DNA from: Candidatus Methanophagales archaeon
GTDB taxonomy: Archaea > Halobacteriota > Syntropharchaeia > Alkanophagales > Methanospirareceae
Direction: 5' to 3'
Assembly: GCA_030612405.1 (NCBI GenBank)
Contig: JAUWNY010000002.1
Span: forward strand, 1 to 36,849
Length of the DNA stretch: 36,849 bases
Shown here: piece by piece, positions 1 through 8,762 of the stretch
How positions within the stretch are numbered: the stretch's first letter is position 1
Layout of the letters: each line of letters opens with the position of its first letter
Made by a program: the position numbers and the translations under genes
The notes under the pieces: generated by a model
Databases searched by the model: none
What the model was told of the DNA's origin: nothing
Seen by the model: the letters and a program-made list of their open reading frames with translations, nothing else

Positions 1-65
1 CTGAGCGAGATTCTGCGTAACTCCGTTTGGTAGCCCCCATCGTTGGGGGTCGAATACAGATTCAT
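1..65 (-). CDS. 5' part of an unidentified ORF running off the left edge (MNLYSTPNDGGYQTELRRISL...), possibly a transposase of an inserted element
   Basis: ATG at 65 (minus), open to the edge; TATA-like TTTATATA about 40 nt upstream; lies just past the point where the upstream methyltransferase stops short. Confidence 0.3.
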   Translation of the reverse strand, partial: MNLYSTPNDGGYQTELRRISL

Positions 66-133
66 ATTTTTTTTAGTGTACATACTTTGCAGTAGAAGTA
101 TGGGTTATATAAAGTTTATTAAATGTGACATTG

Positions 134-901
134 TCAAAGTAGTTCCTCCATTAGTTTCTCTTTGTCACTTACCATCTGAAACACATCGTATAATAAAACA
201 ACATCTACACTCTCATCCGGCAATCCCGTTTCCCGTGCAGAGAGAATCGTTTTGATGTTAGCTATTTGTTTCTTTTCGATTTTTTTTTCAACCGCTTTTA
301 TAGCCAGAGGATGAATATCTAAAGCATAAACAACGCCATCATCGCCGACCATTTTCGCCGCCGGGATACTGAAACTCCCTATTCCACATCCGTAATCCAG
401 AACAGTTTGTCCTTCCCGTAGTCCCATCTCATGTAAGATTCTTTCTGGCTTTTTAAATAGGCTGCGCAGGGTTAATACCATCTTCATTATCGCAAACCCA
501 ATGCGGGGCATCTTCTGCTTATCCGTTCCACGTTTGAATATCAAACCCCGGAACATCAAAATAGCCACGATGAATTGAGCAACTGCGATGCCTTCAAATA
601 CCATAAATGGGGTCATTTTCTCCATCAGAAACGTCCTGAGCCCTAAATGAAGAATCATAATAATAGGAGTAAGTGGAATGATAATCAGAGGTATCAGAGC
701 ACCCAGCCAGTGCCACACAGGCTTATCCGCTCCATCATACTCTTTGAGTGCGAGAATTCCAACGCTGATTGTCAAAACGCCTGCAATTACCCCATATATC
801 ACTCCACGCAGGTAAACAAGACCGTTGATATAGCAAATTACCTTGACTACGGGGTATAATACTGCAATCAAAATGTAGTAAAAGTATATCTTCTTGTTCA
901 T
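134..901 (-). CDS. 4-TM membrane domain fused to a C-terminally truncated class I SAM-dependent methyltransferase (probable pseudogene)
   Basis: Hydrophobic N-terminal ~120 aa; SAM motif VLDYGCGIG, YALDIHP and LPDESVDVVLL; stops at EELL* before the usual RVLKPxG motif and final strands. Confidence 0.7.
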   Translation of the reverse strand: MNKKIYFYYILIAVLYPVVKVICYINGLVYLRGVIYGVIAGVLTISVGILALKEYDGADKPVWHWLGALIPLIIIPLTPIIMILHLGLRTFLMEKMTPFMVFEGIAVAQFIVAILMFRGLIFKRGTDKQKMPRIGFAIMKMVLTLRSLFKKPERILHEMGLREGQTVLDYGCGIGSFSIPAAKMVGDDGVVYALDIHPLAIKAVEKKIEKKQIANIKTILSARETGLPDESVDVVLLYDVFQMVSDKEKLMEELL

Positions 902-1746
902 CTCTTTTCTCCTCTTCCATACGATTTAACTTTCCTCCCGCTCAAATACCCCATTTCCCAGATATGCGCGAGCCTACCGAGATTGACACCCGCCTCCTTA
1001 AAACTCACAAACTTCGCGTCTTCAACTCCCATCCGCTGCACCTTTTCGAGTAGTTCAGGCATGTTCTTCACTTTATATGCCTTCAAGAAAGAACCACTGA
1101 AAGGGTCGCATATCACGAACGCACCGCCGGGTGCAAGGACTCGGATGGCTTCTTTGAAGAGAACCGTTCGGTCTGGCACTTTAATCTCGTGAAAGGCAAA
1201 TGAACTTACCACTAATTGAAATTCTCCATCCTCAAACGGCAAGTCAAGCGCACTATCAGTTTGGAATGTGCATCTGCCACTCACACCTTCAATTATCGCA
1301 TTTTTCTCCGCACCTGCTTTCGTCATTCCAAATAATTTCCAGCCTTTCGTCCACGTATCCACGCCAATTACCTGTGCTTCCGGAAACTGCTTGGCTATTT
1401 CAATTGCTACACGACCAAGCCCCGTTCCCATGTCCAGCACTTTACCATTGCCAGCCCAGACGTTTCCTAACTGGTTTGAGAACTTATCCTTTACGAGCTC
1501 TATTTTCTCAGGATCGTTCACCCAGCCCATCGAAAGATGCAAGAACACACCTGAGGAGAATAAGATTGCTCCTAAAACCCAGCATGAAATAGAAACCCAG
1601 GCTGTGAAAGTAATTGCAAGTGCTATGCTCACAATGCCCCCTATTATTAAAGCCACTGTGAGATACCTCATTATGCTATATCCATAATATGGCTTTTCGA
1701 TGTTTTCCTTTAACTTTCCACGGTTATCGTTATCGGTATCGTTCAT
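898..1746 (-). CDS. Membrane-anchored class I SAM-dependent methyltransferase
   Basis: Two N-terminal TM helices; VLDMGTGLG, LPFEDGEFQLVVS and RVLAPGG motifs; ATGA overlap with the next gene. Confidence 0.9.
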   Translation of the reverse strand: MNDTDNDNRGKLKENIEKPYYGYSIMRYLTVALIIGGIVSIALAITFTAWVSISCWVLGAILFSSGVFLHLSMGWVNDPEKIELVKDKFSNQLGNVWAGNGKVLDMGTGLGRVAIEIAKQFPEAQVIGVDTWTKGWKLFGMTKAGAEKNAIIEGVSGRCTFQTDSALDLPFEDGEFQLVVSSFAFHEIKVPDRTVLFKEAIRVLAPGGAFVICDPFSGSFLKAYKVKNMPELLEKVQRMGVEDAKFVSFKEAGVNLGRLAHIWEMGYLSGRKVKSYGRGEKR

Positions 1747-1982
1747 AGGTTCAAGATATAGCCTGCCGTACCCTCGGTTACGACATATGCCTTACGTTTT
1801 GTCACCTCCTCAACCACCTGCTTGACTATATTCTCGAGTGAATTCACATGTATCGGCCGACTATGAACCTGAACTCGGTCAGTTATGGCATTGGAACCTA
1901 TGCGGTTCTCATTGTACATCACAGGCACCGACTTGCAGATGCCTTCCGTTATGCGAAGCCATTCAATGTCTTCTTTATTCAT
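1743..1982 (-). CDS. Small hypothetical protein
   Basis: 79-aa ORF with ATGA overlap to the methyltransferase; no recognisable motif. Confidence 0.4.
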   Translation of the reverse strand: MNKEDIEWLRITEGICKSVPVMYNENRIGSNAITDRVQVHSRPIHVNSLENIVKQVVEEVTKRKAYVVTEGTAGYILNL

Positions 1983-2290
1983 TATTTATATTAATGTTGT
2001 TAGGTAGATAAATAGGTTACCCTAAAAATGTTAGGAGGGGTGGTATTTTCCGAACGTTTTGCTCTTAGGAATACTTTATATACAAGCCAGAAACTGCACC
2101 TTTTCTAACCTGAACTCTGTTACAATCATAAATCCAAGCTAATAATTACCGGATTATGATCGCTATATCTTCTCACCTTATCATTATCAATAACTCCACA
2201 ATTCAGCAATTTCGTTGAGATGGATTCGCTGATGAAGAAATAATCATTTATATTTAAAGCCACTGTTAAAAGCCGAATAAAATTAGGATT

Positions 2291-3349
2291 TTATACGTAT
2301 TTCCTCTCCACCAGTACTTCGGCATTCAATATGGACGCACCCGCAGCACCTCGTACCGTATTGTGACCCTGTGCAATGTACTTCACCTCGTTCTTCATTC
2401 TTCCTGCTCTTATTCTCCCTACCGATACACTCATACCCCTCCCGGCATCACGGTCTAACCTGGGCTGCGGTCTATCCTGTTCCTCACGCAGTATTATAGG
2501 CTTCTCAGGAGCAAAAGGTGTTTTTATGTCAGTGGTGAAGTCCTTAAACGCCTTCTTAGCTTCTTCTTCAGTTATGCCTTCCTCAAACTTTACCCATATC
2601 ACCTCGGTATGACCATCCATCACCGGAACCCGATGACAAGAAGCACACACGTTGAATGCGGCGTTTTTTATTCCTGAACCTTCTTTTTCCACGGTGCCGA
2701 GAATCTTCAGCGGTTCACTTTCCATCTTATCTTCTTCACTTTCTATAAACGGTATCACGTTATCCAGAATCGCCATTGACGGCACACCTGCATATCCCGC
2801 ACCCGATACCGCCTGCATGGTTGACACCCGCACTTCTTTTATCCCGTATCTCATCAGCGGTTTCAAACTCAACGTCATGACGATGGCCGAACAGTTAGGA
2901 TTTGTTATGATGAATCCGTCCCATCCCCGCTTCTCTTTTTGCACCTCGATTAATGCTAAGTGGTCGGCGTTTATCTCAGGAATGACCAGAGGCACATCAG
3001 GCTCCATTCTATGCACCGAGACATTACTTGCCACGCAATATCCTGCCTGTGCACATCTCTTCTCTACCTCGCTTGCAACCGAGCCAGGCAAAGCAGAAAA
3101 CATAATTGCGATGTCTTCGTTCTTTGAAGTATCCACATCGTTCAGTGATTGCACTACCATCTCTGCTGCTTCCGCGGGCATCTCATAGGGAAGAAACCAC
3201 TTCGATACCTCGCGGTATTTCTTACCCGCACTTCGTTCAGAAGCAAACAGCGATTCGAGTTCAAACCAGGGGTGTCCATCCAAAAGCTGCACAAATCGCT
3301 GCCCTACGCTTCCGGTCGCACCTAATACTCCAACTTTTATTTTTTTCAT
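2291..3349 (-). CDS. asd: Aspartate-semialdehyde dehydrogenase (archaeal type)
   Basis: GVLGATGSVGQ Rossmann motif, catalytic NPNCS, SGAGY, HNTVRGAAGAS. Confidence 0.97.
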   Translation of the reverse strand: MKKIKVGVLGATGSVGQRFVQLLDGHPWFELESLFASERSAGKKYREVSKWFLPYEMPAEAAEMVVQSLNDVDTSKNEDIAIMFSALPGSVASEVEKRCAQAGYCVASNVSVHRMEPDVPLVIPEINADHLALIEVQKEKRGWDGFIITNPNCSAIVMTLSLKPLMRYGIKEVRVSTMQAVSGAGYAGVPSMAILDNVIPFIESEEDKMESEPLKILGTVEKEGSGIKNAAFNVCASCHRVPVMDGHTEVIWVKFEEGITEEEAKKAFKDFTTDIKTPFAPEKPIILREEQDRPQPRLDRDAGRGMSVSVGRIRAGRMKNEVKYIAQGHNTVRGAAGASILNAEVLVERKYV

Positions 3350-3412
3350 TGTATATAAAGTATAACTTCTTTCTATTTAAGACACGGATTAACACTGATT
3401 TACGCGGATTTA
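3349..3412. repeat. Dispersed repeat, left-arm copy (TTGTATATAAAGTATAAC head + ACACGGATT-type 9-mers)
   Basis: Near-identical head at 15011, 23801 and 25157, partial at 20360. Confidence 0.8.
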
Positions 3413-3513
3413 TTTTCTTTCCTTTATTTGTGAAATCATTTAAAGGTTTTTATGCAGTAGATATAAATAAAGGGTTGTAGAATAGATATACCAAGGAGGA
3501 GTGAGAACCGAAA

Positions 3514-3660
3514 ATGGCAAGATTCCCGGAGGCGGAAGCAAGACTCTTCCGTGTGAAAATATGCATGGACTGCAATGCAAGGAATGCGATCAGAGCAACG
3601 AGATGCAGGAAATGCGGGTCGAAGGATTTGAGAATGAAATCCAGTCACAGAGGGAAGTAA
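3514..3660 (+). CDS. rpl40e: 50S ribosomal protein L40e (48 aa; absent from the ORF track)
   Basis: Manual translation [48 protein letters not shown] with zinc ribbon CxxC...CxxC; GGAGG upstream. Confidence 0.95.
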   Translation: MARFPEAEARLFRVKICMDCNARNAIRATRCRKCGSKDLRMKSSHRGK

Positions 3661-3827
3661 ACAGGTTTGGAGTAGTGAAGGTGAGTGCTGTGAGCTGTAA
3701 GCTGTGAGTTCAATTGGCGGTTTAGAATGTCCGCAGGGGTTTAGCCGCGATTAGATAACCGGAAGAAACAAACAAACCACGCCTTCTTGTACAAATCTGA
3801 ACTTTGAACCCAAGCGAGGAGAATCTT

Positions 3828-4592
3828 ATGATGCGAAAAGGCAAAATAATCGCGGTAGCGGGGAAGGGGGGAACAGGGAAAACAGCTATTTCCGCGCGGT
3901 TAATCATCGAAATCCTGAAAATTGCAGGTCCGGACATTTGCATATTAGCCGTGGATGCGGATGCCGATTCAAACTTGCCTGAGGCACTTGGGATATCGTA
4001 TAATAAGACGGCGGGTGATGTACGGGAGGGTCTGCTGGAGGATAAGCATCGGGACGTTACGTTAGACGTGAGGTCGCAATTCGAGGCTAAAATAGCGGAG
4101 ATAATAGAAGAGGAAGAGCAGTATGACCTGCTGGTTATGGGCCGCCCCGAGGGACCGGGCTGCTACTGCCCGGTAAATCACATCATACGGATGATTATAG
4201 ACACGTTGACGAAGAACTACGATTACACGATAATAGATTGCGAAGCGGGTCTGGAGCACCTCAGCAGGAGAACGACAAGGGACGTTGACGTGATGCTTGT
4301 CGTGCTGGACACGACGCTGAAGAGCATAAAAACCGCATTGCGGCTCAGGCGGATTGCCGAGGAAATAGATGCTGACGTGAAGCAAATGATGAACATAGCG
4401 AATAAAATACCAGAGGGCATGGAGGCGATGATAATAGAAGAAGCGAAGAAATACGGTCTCACCATAGAGGAAATAATACCCTTTGACCCTTTAATCCCGG
4501 AATATGACTTTAAAGGCGTGCCAATTGTGGATTTACCTGACGATGCGCCGTCTGTTATCGGTATAAGAAGAATAGCGAGAGCTATAATGTGA
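3828..4592 (+). CDS. cooC: CooC/AcsF-type nickel-insertion ATPase (MinD/ParA family)
   Basis: Deviant Walker A GKGGTGKT, DAD, GPGCYC metal motif, DCEAGLEHLSR; ATG 3828 follows GAGGAG. Confidence 0.88.
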   Translation: MMRKGKIIAVAGKGGTGKTAISARLIIEILKIAGPDICILAVDADADSNLPEALGISYNKTAGDVREGLLEDKHRDVTLDVRSQFEAKIAEIIEEEEQYDLLVMGRPEGPGCYCPVNHIIRMIIDTLTKNYDYTIIDCEAGLEHLSRRTTRDVDVMLVVLDTTLKSIKTALRLRRIAEEIDADVKQMMNIANKIPEGMEAMIIEEAKKYGLTIEEIIPFDPLIPEYDFKGVPIVDLPDDAPSVIGIRRIARAIM

Positions 4593-4607
4593 GGGGGGAT
4601 ATTAGCT

Positions 4608-6137
4608 ATGCAAACTAAAACCATAGGGGAGATAAACGAAAAAATCGGGGATGGCAGTGTTCGCGTAGTAACAGCGGATAGAATGAGCGAGATAGTGAGC
4701 GAGTTAGGGGCAGAAGAAGCAGCAAAGGAAGTAGACGTCGTAACCACCGGGACGTTTGGCCCTATGTGTTCCTCAGGTGTGCTCATCAACTTCGGGCATT
4801 CCGAACCACCGCTAAAAATGCAGCGTGTGTGGCTTAACGACGTAGAAGCATATACGGGAATTGCAGCGGTAGATGCGTATTTAGGAGCAGCACAATTATC
4901 CGAGGAGAAAGGAATGGAATATGGCGGCGGGCATGCAATAGAGGATTTAGTGGCGGGTAAGCAATTAGAGATGAAGGCTATCGGCTACGGCACAGACTGC
5001 TATCCTCGTAAAGAAATAGAAACAACAATTACGCTTGACGAGGTGAATCAAGCGATAATGATAAATCCGCGGAATTCATCACAACGGCATGAAGTCGGGG
5101 CGAACTCCACGGACAGGACTTTATATACCTATATGGGCACGCTGCTACCTAATTACCGTAATGCGACTTATTGTGGTGCAGGAGCCCTTTCTCCTCTTTC
5201 TAACGACCCCGATTTCGAGACCACAGGATTGGGAACAAGGATTTTTCTTTGCGGTGCAAGCGGATATGTGGTGGGAACGGGAACGCAGCACAACCCTGCC
5301 GACCGCTTTGGAACGTTAATGGTCACGGGGAACCTGAAGGAAATGAGTACAGAATACCTCCGTGGTGCTACATTCCACAAATATGGCGTGACGCTGTATG
5401 TGGGTATTGGAATACCGATACCTGTACTGAACGAGGGTATAGCGAAGAAAACGGGAATAAGAGATGTGGATATTGTAACAGAAGTGCTTGATTATGGCGT
5501 TGGCAGAAGGGAACGACCAGTAGTGAGGAAAGTTACCTACGAGGAGTTAAAAACAGGGATGATAGAAATAGAAGGTAATGAAGTGCCAACATCGCCTCTT
5601 TCAAGTTTTTATATGGCGAAGCGAATTGCGGACGAGTTAAAGAGTGAAATAGAAGCGGGGGAGTTTTTATTGTCGCTGCCCGTAGGGCGGCTGCCAACGG
5701 ATACCGTGTTAAAGCCGATGAAACAGACAGAGGAGCTGCCTCTGGTGAAGGATATAATGATACGCGAAGTGACCACAATAAGTGAACGGGCGAGCATAGC
5801 AGATGCAGCGAAATTACTCCTGAAAACACAGACTACGCATATCCCTGTTGTATCCGCAGGGAACAAACTCGTGGGTATCGTAACCGCATGGGATATCTCA
5901 ACGGCAGTGGCAACGCAACACAGAGGGTTGGCAGAAATAATGACAAGAAACGTGATTACCGCTGATTCGGATGAGCCCCTCGAACTGGTAATACGCAAAT
6001 TGGAGAAATACAACATCTCTGCGTTACCTGTCGTGAGTAAGGATAGAAGCGTGATAGGAATGGTAACAAGCGATGAGATAAGCAAATTGATAGGTAAAAG
6101 AAGGATGAAGAGATGGCAGTGGAAATTAAGGATTTAA
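4608..6137 (+). CDS. DUF39 + tandem CBS protein: L-aspartate-semialdehyde sulfurtransferase / homocysteine biosynthesis protein (MA1821/MJ0100 family)
   Basis: VDVVTTGTFGPMCSSG, YGGGH, GTDCYPR, TLYTYMG motifs and C-terminal CBS pair. Confidence 0.92.
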   Translation: MQTKTIGEINEKIGDGSVRVVTADRMSEIVSELGAEEAAKEVDVVTTGTFGPMCSSGVLINFGHSEPPLKMQRVWLNDVEAYTGIAAVDAYLGAAQLSEEKGMEYGGGHAIEDLVAGKQLEMKAIGYGTDCYPRKEIETTITLDEVNQAIMINPRNSSQRHEVGANSTDRTLYTYMGTLLPNYRNATYCGAGALSPLSNDPDFETTGLGTRIFLCGASGYVVGTGTQHNPADRFGTLMVTGNLKEMSTEYLRGATFHKYGVTLYVGIGIPIPVLNEGIAKKTGIRDVDIVTEVLDYGVGRRERPVVRKVTYEELKTGMIEIEGNEVPTSPLSSFYMAKRIADELKSEIEAGEFLLSLPVGRLPTDTVLKPMKQTEELPLVKDIMIREVTTISERASIADAAKLLLKTQTTHIPVVSAGNKLVGIVTAWDISTAVATQHRGLAEIMTRNVITADSDEPLELVIRKLEKYNISALPVVSKDRSVIGMVTSDEISKLIGKRRMKRWQWKLRI

Positions 6138-6140
6138 AAT

Positions 6141-6158
6141 GAAAAGGTATTATATAAA
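6141..6158 (+). promoter_or_regulatory. BRE-TATA promoter of the DUF4178-pspA operon (probably leaderless mRNA)
   Basis: GAAAAGG-TATTATATAAA ending about 25 nt before ATG 6183. Confidence 0.6.
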
Positions 6159-6182
6159 TCAAAGACAAAGAAAAAGTTAAGA

Positions 6183-6731
6183 ATGGGATTATTCGAGCGA
6201 AGTAAAAGGATACTTGAAATAAGAAAAGAAAAAAAGAAGAAGCAGCGGGGAGAGGTTAGACCAGATACCAAACCAGAAGAATTAAGAGAAGGCAGTATCG
6301 GAACGATAGATGGATTAGATTTCACCGTGCTTGGAAAGCTGGTATATGACTGGGGAGGAGGGCAGTGGGAAGAGTTCTATTTGGAGTTCTCAGACACGGA
6401 AGAGCACAAATGGTTATCAAAGGAAGGGACGACACTTGAATTACTTGACGAAGTCGAATCTGCGGATGCACCAGACCCTGATGAACTAAAAGAAGGAACT
6501 GTATTTGACTTTCAAGGGGAAAAAGTGAAGGTGAACGAAGTGGGAAAAGCAAGGATTGTCCTGGTTGAGGGGTCTTTTCCGTGGGACGTTGCTGCTGGAA
6601 CGCAGGTAACGTATGCCGATTGCGAGTTCGAGCGAACAGGAGAAATCCTCAGCTTGGAAAAGCCCGCAGGGGCAAGGCAGGAAGTATATAGGGGAAATGA
6701 ATTATCGAGGAGAAGTTTGGAAATTTTTTAG
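6183..6731 (+). CDS. DUF4178 domain protein
   Basis: G..F.V.G...Y....G.W.E.YL pattern, WLS, EGSFPW, LSLEK, YRG; first gene ahead of pspA. Confidence 0.8.
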   Translation: MGLFERSKRILEIRKEKKKKQRGEVRPDTKPEELREGSIGTIDGLDFTVLGKLVYDWGGGQWEEFYLEFSDTEEHKWLSKEGTTLELLDEVESADAPDPDELKEGTVFDFQGEKVKVNEVGKARIVLVEGSFPWDVAAGTQVTYADCEFERTGEILSLEKPAGARQEVYRGNELSRRSLEIF

Positions 6732-6743
6732 GGGTGATGAAAA

Positions 6744-7490
6744 ATGGGATTGATTGATAGGTTCTCAAATGTGGCTAAAGCGAAGATGAGCAAAATAGTA
6801 GAGCGATTTGAAGACCCGGCAGAGCAGCTTGACTACGCACACGAGAAATTGGTTGAGGAGAATAAGAGGGTGGCGGTCGCAGTGCGGGATTCAATCGCGG
6901 CGAAGAACCTGAAAAAGCGGGAATTGAACGAGGCACAGAAGAAGGTGGGCTCGGTGCACAACAAGGCGTTGGAGTACAGAAAGCGGGCGGTGGCGTTAGA
7001 GGAGAGAGTGGCGGAGTTAGAGGGCGAGAAGCGCGAGAAGGCGGAACTGCAGGTGGAGCAACTGAACAGTGCGGCGGCGCAACTGTTGGAGGAGGAGACG
7101 AGGACGAGGGAGAGAATACCGCTGCTTCAGCAGTCCGTTGCGGAAATGGAGAAGAAAGTGAGGATGCTGAAGGACAAGCAGGTGGATTTAAACGCGAAGA
7201 TCCGGCGGTTCGCGGACAAGCGAGCGGATTTAAAATCCGATTACGCGATGGCGAAGGCGAGTAAACGCGTTAACGAGGCGCTCTCGGGAATAGACGGCGA
7301 GATTAGCGACGTTGATTTGACGGTGCAGCGTATGACGGAGAAGATACGGATGGAAGAGGCAAGGGCGGAGGCATCAGCGGAACTCGGCACCGGCGCGGGG
7401 ACTGCGGACTTGGGTACAAGCGAAATCGAGCGAGAACTGAAAGTCTCAGGGTCGCTTTCCTCTCTTGACGAGGAGCTGAAGGGGAAGTGA
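6744..7490 (+). CDS. pspA: PspA/IM30 (ESCRT-III-like) family protein
   Basis: N-terminal amphipathic MGLIDRFSNVAKAK...EDP, long coiled coil, EARAEASAEL motif. Confidence 0.92.
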   Translation: MGLIDRFSNVAKAKMSKIVERFEDPAEQLDYAHEKLVEENKRVAVAVRDSIAAKNLKKRELNEAQKKVGSVHNKALEYRKRAVALEERVAELEGEKREKAELQVEQLNSAAAQLLEEETRTRERIPLLQQSVAEMEKKVRMLKDKQVDLNAKIRRFADKRADLKSDYAMAKASKRVNEALSGIDGEISDVDLTVQRMTEKIRMEEARAEASAELGTGAGTADLGTSEIERELKVSGSLSSLDEELKGK

Positions 7491-7840
7491 AGAAAATGTC
7501 GCGTGAATATTTATTAATTGGTATTTCTGGTGGCGGGACGTGGGCGTTCCCAGTGGCGAACAAAGCGGAGATATTAGATAAGATAAACGAGCCGGACAAC
7601 GAACTCGCGACTCTTAATGAACGCGGGGAGCTTGCAGAAGAGAAGTTCAACGAACTTTATCCGCAGATATTTGAACTGATAAGGTCGAGGGGGCTGCTCG
7701 TGGGTGAAGACATTGAGATGGACGAGGTGCTGGACGAAGAGGAAGTGTTTCCAAAGCCGGATTTGACACTTCCGCCTGAGGATTTGAGCTACGAGGAGGC
7801 AATTTTGGTGTTCAAGGGAGAGGGGTTGGTCCCCGGGTGA
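7487..7840 (+). CDS. PspA-associated protein, PspAA type
   Basis: I.ISGGG.W...DNEL...DLTLPPEDLSYEEA...F.GEGLVPG C-terminus; overlaps the pspA stop. Confidence 0.8.
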   Translation: MKKMSREYLLIGISGGGTWAFPVANKAEILDKINEPDNELATLNERGELAEEKFNELYPQIFELIRSRGLLVGEDIEMDEVLDEEEVFPKPDLTLPPEDLSYEEAILVFKGEGLVPG

Positions 7841-7851
7841 GGAGAAGAGAA

Positions 7852-8193
7852 ATGGCAAGGATTCAAGCTATTATAGGACTAATAAAGGATTGCAATGTGG
7901 AAAAGCTGGAAAATATAGCGTTGATGGAAGAGATGTTAGAGAAAGCGGCGAAGCTGATGGATTTGACGTTACTGAAAACTGTCAGCCATAAGTTCTCACC
8001 ACAGGGACTGACTGCGGTTGCATTGCTTGCCGAGAGCCATATCGCCGTTCATACGTATCCGGAAGAGAATTCGATATTCGTAGAGGTGATGTCATGCGGG
8101 CAGGGGGATGCGAAAAAGGTTCTGGAGCTCATGGAAGATATGCTGGGAGGTAAAGCGGAGATTGTACTGGATAAAATAATAGGAGGTGAATAA
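7852..8193 (+). CDS. speD: Pyruvoyl-dependent S-adenosylmethionine decarboxylase proenzyme (class 1B)
   Basis: HKFSPQGLT, LLAE/SHIAVHTYPE self-cleavage site, conserved SCG; RBS GAGGAG. Confidence 0.9.
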   Translation: MARIQAIIGLIKDCNVEKLENIALMEEMLEKAAKLMDLTLLKTVSHKFSPQGLTAVALLAESHIAVHTYPEENSIFVEVMSCGQGDAKKVLELMEDMLGGKAEIVLDKIIGGE

Positions 8194-8194
8194 A

Positions 8195-8632
8195 ATGGTA
8201 AATGAAATGATAGTAACGGCGTGGGTAGCACTCTTATGGCTGGTAATAGGGATAGGTCTTAGCATGCTGTTAGTGAAAGTTTACGATATTCTCGTGTTTC
8301 GAAAATTCGACTTGCAGGAAGCGATAGAAGGAAAGAATAGCGCGGTTGCGATATTTTTCAGTTTGATGTTGCTCGGCATAGGTATGGTGGTTGCGGCGAC
8401 GATTATGTCACCAGGAACCGGTTTACTGGTTCATGACATAGCTTTAACAATTGGCTGGAGCATAGGGATTTCGCTCGTTGCAACACTCCTTTTCTTCGTG
8501 TTTGATATATTATTAGTGCCGAAGATAAAACTGCAAGAGGCGATAAGTAACGGGAACATCGCGGCAGGGATACTTTCAGGTGTTGTATACGTTGCAGTTT
8601 CGGTGGTGGCAATGGCGGTGATAATAACGTGA
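8195..8632 (+). CDS. Tandem DUF350 membrane protein (4 TM)
   Basis: Two internal repeats FDLQEAIEGKNSAVAI and IKLQEAISNGNIAAGI; RBS GGAGGTGA. Confidence 0.82.
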   Translation: MVNEMIVTAWVALLWLVIGIGLSMLLVKVYDILVFRKFDLQEAIEGKNSAVAIFFSLMLLGIGMVVAATIMSPGTGLLVHDIALTIGWSIGISLVATLLFFVFDILLVPKIKLQEAISNGNIAAGILSGVVYVAVSVVAMAVIIT

Positions 8633-8649
8633 ATGGCTTCCAGGTAAGA

Positions 8650-8731
8650 AACCACGAGATTACACAAGATTAACACAGAAGAGAGAAAATAAAAAGAAAA
8701 ATCCCGTGAAAATCTGTGTAATCTTGTGGTT
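8650..8731. repeat. Inverted-arm element with 9-mer tandem arms, inside the operon
   Basis: AACCACGAGATTACACAAGATT ... AATCTGTGTAATCTTGTGGTT are near-perfect reverse complements. Confidence 0.8.
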
Positions 8732-8762
8732 ATAAATTGACACGGGAGGGATAAAAGAAGAA

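Noticed and set aside
134-136. TGA as selenocysteine read-through
   Set aside because: A TAA follows within five codons and the downstream sequence has no methyltransferase similarity
3501-3707. 68-aa ORF from the track
   Set aside because: Overlaps the clear L40e gene in another frame
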